Source: Sulfitobacter sp. (GTDB lineage: Bacteria; Pseudomonadota; Alphaproteobacteria; Rhodobacterales; Rhodobacteraceae). Taken from it: 49,143 nt of DNA. A model generated the notes under the pieces. That model made no database searches, had not been told where the DNA came from, and worked only from the letters and a program-made list of their open reading frames with translations. How positions within the stretch are numbered: the stretch's first letter is position 1; the number at the start of each line of letters is the position of its first letter. This document shows, one piece after another, positions 39,854 through 48,346 of this stretch. The position numbers and the translations under genes are program-made. The DNA lies in assembly GCA_036964385.1 (NCBI GenBank), contig JBALTK010000001.1:1-49143 (forward strand), in the 5' to 3' direction.

Positions 39854-39859
39854 AGTCAT
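38843..39859 (-). CDS. gmd: GDP-mannose 4,6-dehydratase (copy 2)
   Basis: Protein identical to copy 1 from KKAF onward; starts MTKKAF at ATG 39859. Confidence 0.97.
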   Translation of the reverse strand: MTKKAFITGITGQDGAYLAKLLLEKGYEVHGGVRRISQPETPRLDLLGITDDVQLHEFDLTEQNNIFRVIRDVEMDEFYNLAAQSFVGASWDLPIYTADVDGMAVVRILDTLRTVRPDARFYQASTSEMFGLVQEVPQSETTRLYPRSPYGVAKVYGHYITMNYRESFDMHASSGILFNHESPLRGKEFVTRKITLGLAALAHGGNKAIELGNMDAKRDWGFAGDYVEGMWRMLQQDVADDYVLATGVTTTIRDFFTFAAEALGMDLEWSGEGENETATDRKSGKLVMKVNPKFYRPAEVELLIGDPTKAEKGLGWKATVDIRELATMMAKSDFDQLA

Positions 39860-39993
39860 AATTAGCCCCAAATCTTCCTAATAAGCCGATATTGTGTTTG
39901 CGCTGATGACTAGCGTTTGTTGCCCATCGCCGCAACGGATAGTTGCGAGGGCCCGAAAACCAGACGGGCCCTTACAAATGAACGTGGCTTTGA

Positions 39994-42273
39994 TCAATCA
40001 GAAGTGAGTGTGAGTGCGTGTAACCTGATGCCCAAATTACGTGGGTCAGCAGAAACGCCAAGCGCTTTGGGCGAGCAGGTTCTCTCGGTAATCAACCTGA
40101 TCTGAATTGGACCTTTGAACTGGGGAAGGTCCAGTACCATCTCGAATTCATGCGGCCCTCCCAATGCGTATTGATATTGCGCTGTTACTTTGCGCTCCGT
40201 TGTCTCTTCGGTCACTTCAATGGACACCACGTCTCCGATGACAATGCCGGGTGCGAATGATGCCAGGTTTGCTGTCATCGTGCTGATGCTGACGCCTGCA
40301 GGGATGCACCCAAAAACCGCAGCTTCTGGCCGATTGGTCCACATCCCGGCTTCTTCTACGGGGTGGAACCCTTGTAGATGTGCCCACGTGGCAGTTGTAT
40401 CATTGAACAAAGCCTTGATTAGGTTGCCATCCACCTCGACAGGAGGCATTTTTTCGATTTCAGAGTGATCAATACGCTCCAAGAAACAAGCTACAGAATT
40501 AAAGCCCGGGCGCTGTAACAGCGGGTTTCTTGACGCATTTAAGTGGCGGTGAATTGCTTTGCGGACACCAGTTGCTTGCGCGTCATCTACTACTTCGCGG
40601 ACAACATCGGGCTCATCTCCTGCGCCTAACGCCTTGAACGCGAGCGGAATGGCTTGCGCAGGTTCGAGACAAACTATGATTTTCCAGAAATTAAGATCAT
40701 GTATGGGAAGGTAAATCAGGTTGAGATGTTTGCTCAGGCTATATTTGTTATTGGTGAGCATCAGGAAATGCCCCAATACGGCAAGGGCCTCTATGTCCGA
40801 AACTCCATTCAGAATAGAGCCTATCTTCTCCATGTTTTTAGCTGAAACACGAGATCCTATTATATTGAGCGCCACATAACGCCCACGCTCCAGATTGCTT
40901 GCTTCCCACAAGTTCTCCGGAATGATCAGGCTATCGGCGTAAAGCCCACTTATCTGTTGGTGTGCTCCGACATAGTCACGCACCCAAGGATCATCTTTTT
41001 TGGCGGGAGCACTTAGAGTGTCTGACGCGCGATCCCCCAATATCTGCAGGCGGCGGTCAAAGTCATTTTGATGCTTCTTTAGAAATCCAACAAGGCTGCG
41101 CACGTATTTTTCTGCGGTACGGTCCTTGACTGTGGCCCACGCTTTCTGTCCGCGCCGCGCCACGTCTTTCGGATCTTTCCCGATCTTTTCCAACAAGGCA
41201 GTAATTTCGCTGACGTCGCCGATCTTCTCCAAGAAATAGCAAGCGTCGTCGGGTGTTTCGGCGAACGAGCCCGTGCGATACGCAATCACGGGTTTGCCAA
41301 AGGCAAGCTGCTCGGCCAGTGAAAGCGATGCGCCCTCAGTATTTGGATATCTGAGGTTATAGAAAACATCGGCGGAGGCCATGATGGACATGAACTCCTC
41401 TTCGGCAGGAGCGACATTCAACTCAATGGTATGTTTGAGCCCTGTTGCCTGAATTTCACCACGTAACTGATCTAAAAAGGTTTGATCGCTCGCAAAGCCT
41501 GCAATTGTTACCCGGAACTGGTCACTTAGCCCGGGGTCTTCGGCGAATGCCCTGACAAGCAATCTGAGGCCTTTTGTTTCTTGGATGTGGCCGCCGCATA
41601 CGATGTGAATACGGCCCTTGCCCGCCTCTGCTATTTTGGGTGGAGACGTGACTTCGGGGCGGGGCATGAACAACGTGCAAACATTGCCGTGGTAATCATT
41701 ACCAAGCCCTTTATGGGCATATTCGGAATGCACAATCGCGCCCAAACCCAATCGCGCCAATATATCGCACATGGGAACATTGACCGCCCATTCACTTTCC
41801 CAAGGGGTATATGTTGATACGCCTTGATCACAGGCAAGCACGCCGCCTTCGCTCAAAAACTCAAACGCATCTGCCCCACCTGCATTATAGGTCAATGCAG
41901 CAAAGGCTCTGGATATGAACTTATTATGTCCGATACCCGCCAGATAGTGCTGGTATACGTAGTCATGAAGTACAACCATACCCGCGTGCCGTAAAAGCGC
42001 CTTGTAGATGGGTTCGTGATTAATCGCGTTATTCCCCAAGTGGTATATTGCTATATCAAATAGGGAATCGAAGTCAGACCGCAATAAGCTGTCTGACAGC
42101 TCAATCGTTGGATAAGGCAGATCTACGACTTCTTCGTTTGTTGCCGGATGAAAAACGATGACCTCAACTTCATCCTTTGGAAACAAACGATGTAATTCAG
42201 TCAGTACATTACGGGTATAAGTAGATATACCAGTTTTAGTCGATATGGGTGAGAACCATCCAATGCGTATCAT
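39994..42273 (-). CDS. GT4 glycosyltransferase with C-terminal extension
   Basis: WFSPISTKTGISTY, YHLGNN..H, VVLHD, IVHS, KGL, NLRYPNTEGASLSLAEQLAFGKPVI; C-terminal GFHPVEEAGMWT..DPRNLGI domain. Confidence 0.85.
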   Translation of the reverse strand: MIRIGWFSPISTKTGISTYTRNVLTELHRLFPKDEVEVIVFHPATNEEVVDLPYPTIELSDSLLRSDFDSLFDIAIYHLGNNAINHEPIYKALLRHAGMVVLHDYVYQHYLAGIGHNKFISRAFAALTYNAGGADAFEFLSEGGVLACDQGVSTYTPWESEWAVNVPMCDILARLGLGAIVHSEYAHKGLGNDYHGNVCTLFMPRPEVTSPPKIAEAGKGRIHIVCGGHIQETKGLRLLVRAFAEDPGLSDQFRVTIAGFASDQTFLDQLRGEIQATGLKHTIELNVAPAEEEFMSIMASADVFYNLRYPNTEGASLSLAEQLAFGKPVIAYRTGSFAETPDDACYFLEKIGDVSEITALLEKIGKDPKDVARRGQKAWATVKDRTAEKYVRSLVGFLKKHQNDFDRRLQILGDRASDTLSAPAKKDDPWVRDYVGAHQQISGLYADSLIIPENLWEASNLERGRYVALNIIGSRVSAKNMEKIGSILNGVSDIEALAVLGHFLMLTNNKYSLSKHLNLIYLPIHDLNFWKIIVCLEPAQAIPLAFKALGAGDEPDVVREVVDDAQATGVRKAIHRHLNASRNPLLQRPGFNSVACFLERIDHSEIEKMPPVEVDGNLIKALFNDTTATWAHLQGFHPVEEAGMWTNRPEAAVFGCIPAGVSISTMTANLASFAPGIVIGDVVSIEVTEETTERKVTAQYQYALGGPHEFEMVLDLPQFKGPIQIRLITERTCSPKALGVSADPRNLGIRLHALTLTSD

Positions 42274-43235
42274 TAAATTCTCTCCATGAAGGAAGTATAT
42301 CGTTCTGTAATGTACTTTTCGTTTAGCGGCGCAAACTTCATCAACTCCGGATTGAGAGACAGTTTTGACTGCTGTATGATAAGCAGGCGCCTTAGCATCT
42401 CTTGGCTTGCGTTTACCGTTTCGGTTTCGGTTGTCACAATCTGTACATATGTGCGTATGTTTGCCTCTTGCCGTAGCCTGTTCTCGATCTGAGCTTCACT
42501 GTCAGGATGATCGGCCAGAATAACGGTGTATGCGCCGTTTATCATGCTATCAAAGGGCGAAAAAATATTTGGCTTTTCAAAGGCTGAATACCCTAAGTGT
42601 ATATGTATATCAGCGTTCAACATCTCTTCTAGTGCAGGTCCGAACGGCTCTTTTTCGGACAGTTCGATCACTTCACACAATGGACCTAGTTCTTCGTGCA
42701 GTTTTTTTGAAATCCCGATGCGGGGCGCTTTGCCGTGTTGTATAAGGAGTACCCGAACTTTAGCATTTCCCTTACTTTTCTTCTCGAGAACAACGGGAAT
42801 TCTGCTTGCCAATACGACTGGAACCCAGGGCATGAAGCTTGCTGAACTTGGAAAATCTGATTGGTCCAGCACGATAACTTTTTGAAAGTTGGACAGTATG
42901 TTTTTCATCCAACTCCCTGATGTTTCCTTGGTGCGTGAATTGCGCGCTATGAAATCACCTAACTCGTCAGAAAGCGGCTGACTACAGATCATAACATTAT
43001 GTCCAAGCATCATCTCGGGGGCATTTATCAAGCCAAGAAAAATATTTTTTTTCGGGAACTTAGCGGGCGGAAAAGCACTGAGGCTCTCCATTTTCGATAT
43101 TGGACTTTTGCTTTCTTCTATTTCAGCAAATGATAGCGTTGATTGCTGTCTTAAATAGCGCGTCACAGTTTTTTCTAGCAGCAGCTGTCTTGGCGCAGCT
43201 CCTTTTCGAACTTGCTGTGTTGAAATGAGTTTCAT
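42273..43235 (-). CDS. hypothetical protein (low GC; possibly a degenerate GT-B fold)
   Basis: 320-aa ORF whose stop overlaps the downstream GT4 start; AT-rich codons; no clear motif. Confidence 0.6.
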   Translation of the reverse strand: MKLISTQQVRKGAAPRQLLLEKTVTRYLRQQSTLSFAEIEESKSPISKMESLSAFPPAKFPKKNIFLGLINAPEMMLGHNVMICSQPLSDELGDFIARNSRTKETSGSWMKNILSNFQKVIVLDQSDFPSSASFMPWVPVVLASRIPVVLEKKSKGNAKVRVLLIQHGKAPRIGISKKLHEELGPLCEVIELSEKEPFGPALEEMLNADIHIHLGYSAFEKPNIFSPFDSMINGAYTVILADHPDSEAQIENRLRQEANIRTYVQIVTTETETVNASQEMLRRLLIIQQSKLSLNPELMKFAPLNEKYITERYTSFMERI

Positions 43236-43263
43236 AGTAATACGCCAATTTTATGAGTTTTTA

Positions 43264-44247
43264 TTATAATGCATGCCAGTCCTGCATACGATCCGCATAG
43301 AGCAAAAAGGACTTGTCTGTTTCGACTGCAATCTTTTTTATCAGGCGAAAATCATCTGTTAGTGTTTCGTAATTGGGAACCGGAATCCCCTTTACTTCGG
43401 TTGGCATGGGGTTGAATTTCAGGCCAAGCTTGTCCATTGCCACAATATCTTCTTTGAAGGTCGCCCGGACCATTCGGATGTCCTCAGGAGGGACGTAAAA
43501 CCGACCTGTGAAGCTTTCTTTTACGCCTGCGAATGCGCCAAACTCATCAGATATGGGATAAGATTTAGCCTCATCAATTGTCATGTAATTATTCAGAAGC
43601 TTCTTGAAAAACAGAAGATTGCCTGACATCGACAGGTTGCTGTCAGTCTCAGGCAATCGGATTGCGTCACTATCTATACCGTCGATGTTCTGCAGAAAAT
43701 CAGTACGGGAGTCTCCGCCCACCAGTTGCTGTCGATCAAACGGGCGCAGTACTATTTGGCCCTTCCCGTACACTTCCTCCCAGCGAGAGAGATATTTTGT
43801 GTAGGGTTGCGAAAAAATCTGGACATAATCTGCAAAACTGCAGGTCACATTACGTTCCTGGATGGCTTGCCCGTACCAACTCATCATATAATTGAGATGA
43901 TCTCGCATATATAATACAACTTTGGTTTCTTCAGGCGGGAAGAAATGCGCTACTTTTGCCGGATCTACATTTCGAAAGAAAAGTTCGGAAGAAAAGATAT
44001 ACCGCATATCAGTATTCTTCGTGACGCTTCTGAACTCTTCTTGCCAGTTCTCACCAATGCGTCGGTCGGCACTATTATCGATTGAATGGGCCAGGTTGTG
44101 GTGAGCCATATGAGAAAGGTGGAAATCCGGGTAGTCCCATCCCGCTGCATTCAGCACAGCGCGGTTATCAACAAGCATTTTCTGGATAGAGGAAGTACCT
44201 GTTTTGTTACTACCAATGTGCAGCACAAAGCGGGGTGAATCAGGCAT
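43264..44247 (-). CDS. sulfotransferase-fold protein
   Basis: LHIGSNKTGTSSIQ, IFSSELF, VLYMRDHLNYMMSWYGQ; ATG at 44247 has a GAAGGA RBS (ORF track start 44394). Confidence 0.7.
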   Translation of the reverse strand: MPDSPRFVLHIGSNKTGTSSIQKMLVDNRAVLNAAGWDYPDFHLSHMAHHNLAHSIDNSADRRIGENWQEEFRSVTKNTDMRYIFSSELFFRNVDPAKVAHFFPPEETKVVLYMRDHLNYMMSWYGQAIQERNVTCSFADYVQIFSQPYTKYLSRWEEVYGKGQIVLRPFDRQQLVGGDSRTDFLQNIDGIDSDAIRLPETDSNLSMSGNLLFFKKLLNNYMTIDEAKSYPISDEFGAFAGVKESFTGRFYVPPEDIRMVRATFKEDIVAMDKLGLKFNPMPTEVKGIPVPNYETLTDDFRLIKKIAVETDKSFLLYADRMQDWHAL

Positions 44248-44628
44248 GTGTCTTCCTTCAGAACTGTTCAACCTCCTGTCGGGACATGAGGCAGTTATTT
44301 GGCTGATGCTATAACAGCAACCGCAGGAGGATAGAAGTGCTACATAATCGGGTAGGCGCAATGAACGGGCCTGCCAGTTCGTCTCGTTGATCATCCCGTA
44401 GCCGCGTCAGGCGCCGCAGAGCGGTGCTCATATTAAGGGAGGGTTGCCGCAATACTTGCGCGTCACGGAGTAGGTCGGGTTTGGCGCACGGAATATACGA
44501 ATTATAATCATTGTTATGTTATTATTATAATGATCGTTCTTGCAAGACTACTGCGCCGGATGTGCGTTACCCCCCCAACCACAGCACAAATTCCGCTTCT
44601 CGGGTGCGTGCGCATCTTACCTGTAGTA

Positions 44629-44660
44629 TTGACATTCGCCCATGTGCTTTGCACATCATT
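44629..44660 (+). promoter_or_regulatory. candidate sigma70 promoter with internal inverted repeat
   Basis: Perfect -35 TTGACA at 44629-44634; ATGTGC-ttt-GCACAT at 44642-44656; -10 element degenerate. Confidence 0.4.
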
Positions 44661-44664
44661 AAAG

Positions 44665-45666
44665 ATGAATAATCCATATCATAACCGCCCCGAACACAGT
44701 TTCTGGAAAAAGGCCGTCTTTGAACGCCAAGACGCAATTGCGCCTGTTATGGCCAAGGCTTTTACCGTTGACCCAGACGACCAGCTGGTAACCGCTGGCA
44801 GTTGTTTTGCCCAAAACCTCGGGCGGCATTTGCGTGACTCCACCGGCGCCAACTATCATCAAGCAGAACCGCTCTTGCCCGATGATCCGGTTTTTTCTGC
44901 GCGTACGGGGAATGTCTACACCGCCCTCCAACTGCTGCAACTCTTTGAGGAATGCCAAAGCGGCGAGGTAGACCCCGCCTGCGCAGTCGAACGGCGCGAC
45001 GGGCGTTATGTGGATATTCACCGTCCCTATATGGACCCGCAGGGCTATGCCACCGCGCAAGAGGTCATCGACGCCCGTGCTATCCACCTTGAAGCCGTAC
45101 GCGAGATGTTCACCACAGCGGGTGTGTTTGTCTTTACACTGGGCCTGACAGAGGCATGGCACGACACAGCCACAGGGCGTGCACTGCCTGTATGTCCGGG
45201 GCTCTATACCGATGATGAGAGCCTGAAATACCATTTCCACAACTACAGCTATGCTGAAGTTGACGCGGCCATGGACCGCTTTACCGAAGGGTTTTCGGCC
45301 ATCAACCCGGATGCAAAAATCTTGCTCACCGTATCTCCTGTGCCGTTGACCGCGACCTATACAGAGGATCACGTTCTGGTCGCCACCATGCACAGTAAAT
45401 CGATTCTGCGCGTCGTGTGCAGCAGCCAAACCGAGCGGCACGCGAACACCTATTACTTCCCCTCCTACGAGATGATCTCAAACCCCTATACTGCGGGCAC
45501 GCCCTACGCCCCTGACAATCTGCGCAGTATTCTGCGCCCGCCCATCACTCAGGTCATGGTATTTTTTGAGCGCGAGTACTTGGGAAAAAGTGCAAGTGAC
45601 ACCGAGACACAAGAGACCGAAGTCATGTGTGACGAAGTCGAAATCGAACGCAGCATGGGTTTTTGA
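44665..45666 (+). CDS. GSCFA domain protein (SGNH-like, polysaccharide associated)
   Basis: TAGSCFAQ, FTLGLTEAW, LTVSPVPL, SKSILR, YFPSYE motifs; ATG at 44665 preferred. Confidence 0.9.
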   Translation: MNNPYHNRPEHSFWKKAVFERQDAIAPVMAKAFTVDPDDQLVTAGSCFAQNLGRHLRDSTGANYHQAEPLLPDDPVFSARTGNVYTALQLLQLFEECQSGEVDPACAVERRDGRYVDIHRPYMDPQGYATAQEVIDARAIHLEAVREMFTTAGVFVFTLGLTEAWHDTATGRALPVCPGLYTDDESLKYHFHNYSYAEVDAAMDRFTEGFSAINPDAKILLTVSPVPLTATYTEDHVLVATMHSKSILRVVCSSQTERHANTYYFPSYEMISNPYTAGTPYAPDNLRSILRPPITQVMVFFEREYLGKSASDTETQETEVMCDEVEIERSMGF

Positions 45667-46535
45667 TGAAGGCCATTGTTGTATCGAACTGCGCCACTAA
45701 AGCATATTATCAGTACCTGAGCGCGCTCTTTCCAGAGTGGGAGGTCCGCTCGGTTATCGTGACGCAGGCCGAGGAATGGATTGCGTCGGGCCATGAGGGG
45801 TTCCTCGAGTATCTGGCGCAGGTGGATGTCTTTGTTGGACTGCCCAATTTATACGCCAATACGCTAAAGCCCGCCCTTAACCCACAAGCACAGTTGGTTA
45901 TGATTCCGTCCTTTGCCTATCTGGGCAACAGGCTTGATTGTTTCTGGCTCAACAAGGTTACCTCTCCCACACGGGCTGGCGTTCTGAATTCACGGCTCGC
46001 GGTCAGATCCTACCTTGAAGGCAAAACCATCGCCCAGACCCTGCCGCTGTTTTGCGATGCGCAGTTCGAGGTAGAAGGTTATTATGATCCCGAGGACCGC
46101 CAACGCGACGCACTTCTCTCGCTCTATGGCGCTCAAGGTATCGATCTGAAAGACGCGTTCGAGAGTTGGCAGAGTGAGGGTGATTTCCTGCACACCCCCA
46201 ACCACCCCGAGACAAAAGTATTCTTTGATATTCTGTCTACCGCCCTGCGCGCGGCAGGACTGAAAACCGCATTAAGCGCGCAAGAACAAGCACAGTTGCG
46301 CGCCAAGTCCGAGGATTATCTGGCCGATAATATCATCTGGCCGATCTACCCTGAGATTGCAGCGCGCCGCGGCATCAAAAACCCAAAAATCCAATGGCGC
46401 GCTGCGACGAACAGCAAAGAACCCGCCTTTGGCCTGGAAGAGATGCTGAATCGCAGCTTTGCCCGTTTTGAGGCGACCCCGAATTTGCAGCATCTGGTTA
46501 AGGTGTCTCTGGCCGCTGATATCAACCGGATTTAG
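45666..46535 (+). CDS. WcbI-family polysaccharide biosynthesis putative acetyltransferase
   Basis: N-terminal VSNCA, FLHTPNHP, WPIYPEIA motifs; TGATG coupling with the GSCFA gene. Confidence 0.7.
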   Translation: MKAIVVSNCATKAYYQYLSALFPEWEVRSVIVTQAEEWIASGHEGFLEYLAQVDVFVGLPNLYANTLKPALNPQAQLVMIPSFAYLGNRLDCFWLNKVTSPTRAGVLNSRLAVRSYLEGKTIAQTLPLFCDAQFEVEGYYDPEDRQRDALLSLYGAQGIDLKDAFESWQSEGDFLHTPNHPETKVFFDILSTALRAAGLKTALSAQEQAQLRAKSEDYLADNIIWPIYPEIAARRGIKNPKIQWRAATNSKEPAFGLEEMLNRSFARFEATPNLQHLVKVSLAADINRI

Positions 46536-46657
46536 CCTGATCCCCCTGCCCGAGCCTTGGCCATTCCGCCACGTTCGGGAAATGATTAAAGCAGACCGAT
46601 TGCCAGCCTCTGAAAAACGCGCAACATCGGTGCCACAGCAGAAAAGAAAGAGGCAAA

Positions 46658-47833
46658 ATGTCCGACTTGAAAATTGCCGTTGCAGGCATCGGCTATGTAG
46701 GGTTGTCCAATGCGGTATTGCTGGCCCAGCACAACCGCGTCACCGCATTGGATGTGGATGCCGCGCGCATGGAGATGCTGGCCGCGCGCAAAAGCCCCAT
46801 CGCGGACCCCGAGATCGAACAGTATCTGGCCGAGGTCCCTTTGGACCTGCACACTACCACTGACCCTGCCGAGGCCTATGCCGGTGCCGATTACGTCATC
46901 ATCGCCACCCCCACCAATTACGACCCTAAAACCAACTTCTTTGACACCTCCAGCGTCGAGACCGTTGCAAGGCAGGCCATGCAGCATGCCCCTGATGCAA
47001 CCATCGTAATCAAGTCGACTGTGCCCGTAGGGTTCACCAGCGATTTGGCGGAAAGATTGGGCACAAAAAATCTGGTCTTCTCGCCAGAATTCCTGCGTGA
47101 GGGGCGCGCGCTGTATGACAACCTGCACCCCAGCCGCATCATCGTGGGTGCCCAGACACCGCAGGCTGAGCGCTTTGCTGCTTTGCTGACTGAAGGCGCG
47201 ATCGACACCGACATTCCAGTCCTGCTCACCCAAAGCTCCGAAGCCGAGGCAATCAAACTGTTCTCGAACACCTATCTTGCCATGCGCGTGGCCTATTTTA
47301 ACGAGCTTGATAGTTATGCCATGCAATTCGACCTCAACAGCCGCGATATCATCAATGGGGTCGGGCTCGACCCTCGCATCGGCAGCCATTATAACAACCC
47401 CTCTTTCGGCTACGGCGGCTATTGCCTGCCCAAAGACACCAAACAACTGTTGGCCAATTACTCCTCGGTGCCGCAAAATCTGATGCAAGCGATTGTGGAT
47501 GCCAACCGGACCCGCAAAGATTTCATTGCCGAGCAAATCATAGCCCGCGCGCCGCGCTGTGTCGGCATCCACCGATTGGTGATGAAAGCAGGCTCTGACA
47601 ACTTCCGCCAAAGCTCGATCCAGGGGATCATGAAGCGGCTCAAAGCCAAGGGGATCGAAGTCATCGTCTATGAACCCGAGATGGCGGAGGACAGCTATTT
47701 TGGCTCGGATGTGCTGCATGATCTGGACAAGATGAAAGCGCGGGCCGATTTGATTGTCGCCAATCGCATCACGCCTGAACTGAACGATGTCGCAGACAAA
47801 GTCTTTACCCGTGATCTGTTCGGGGCGGACTGA
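46658..47833 (+). CDS. ugd: UDP-glucose 6-dehydrogenase
   Basis: [56 protein letters not shown] motifs. Confidence 0.96.
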   Translation: MSDLKIAVAGIGYVGLSNAVLLAQHNRVTALDVDAARMEMLAARKSPIADPEIEQYLAEVPLDLHTTTDPAEAYAGADYVIIATPTNYDPKTNFFDTSSVETVARQAMQHAPDATIVIKSTVPVGFTSDLAERLGTKNLVFSPEFLREGRALYDNLHPSRIIVGAQTPQAERFAALLTEGAIDTDIPVLLTQSSEAEAIKLFSNTYLAMRVAYFNELDSYAMQFDLNSRDIINGVGLDPRIGSHYNNPSFGYGGYCLPKDTKQLLANYSSVPQNLMQAIVDANRTRKDFIAEQIIARAPRCVGIHRLVMKAGSDNFRQSSIQGIMKRLKAKGIEVIVYEPEMAEDSYFGSDVLHDLDKMKARADLIVANRITPELNDVADKVFTRDLFGAD

Positions 47834-47892
47834 CACCGCGCCATGCGGTGCGTACATCTAAGCCCCGCGCGAAACGCAGCGAAAGGGCCGTC

Positions 47893-48129
47893 ATGACCGA
47901 CAAAAACAAGATATGCGCCACTGCGGCGCAGGTGTTGCGCCAAGATGGCGAGGCGCTGGTCCGTACGGTCACAGATTTGCCTGACGATTTTGTCGCCGCA
48001 GTTGAGCGTAATCTCGCAATCAAAGGCCGGATCATTCTGTTGGGCATCGGAAAATCAGGCCCCATTGCACGCAAAATCGCCTCCACTCTCGCATCAACAG
48101 GTACGCCTGCCTATTTCGTACATCCCGCC
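47893..48129 (+). pseudogene. kpsF: truncated arabinose-5-phosphate isomerase (KpsF/KdsD), N-terminal part only
   Basis: GRIILLGIGKSGPIARKIASTLASTGTPAYFVHPA; the expected EASHGDLG and CBS domains are absent; conserved His in KSGH appears as Pro. Confidence 0.85.
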
Positions 48130-48237
48130 AAACCATTGGTCACTCTGAGTGACCGTGACGGCACTGAGAAGTCCTTGATCCAACGCACTTGGGAAGCTGC
48201 GATGGCGGTAAATGGCGTGGACGCGGTCTATGTATAG
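48130..48237 (+). pseudogene. kdsB: internal fragment of CMP-Kdo synthetase (KdsB/KpsU) fused in frame to the kpsF fragment
   Basis: KPLVTLSDRDGTEKSLIQRTWEAAMAVNGVDAVYV resembles, from recall, the segment after ARxxSxR-x-P-x in Rhodobacteraceae KdsB; stops before the ATDD motif. Confidence 0.65.
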
Positions 48238-48346
48238 GATGAGGCAGGTAGGAAGGTACTTTAAAGCTTTCGCACTTCCTGTAGGGTAATCCCGAAACGT
48301 GAGATGCCTTTTTAATACATGACATTAGAGAAGAGTAGTGCAACTG

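Noticed and set aside
44501-44531. AT-rich ATTATAAT repeats as a Fur box
   Set aside because: Only a partial match in very AT-rich DNA; cannot be distinguished from divergent promoter elements
44659-45441. 260-aa minus-strand ORF, and similar ones such as 26397-27221, 30243-30932 and 3286-3927
   Set aside because: All are antisense to well-supported genes and show no motifs
46586-47857. 423-aa ORF on the minus strand
   Set aside because: Antisense shadow of ugd with no recognisable motifs; long antisense ORFs are common opposite GC-rich genes
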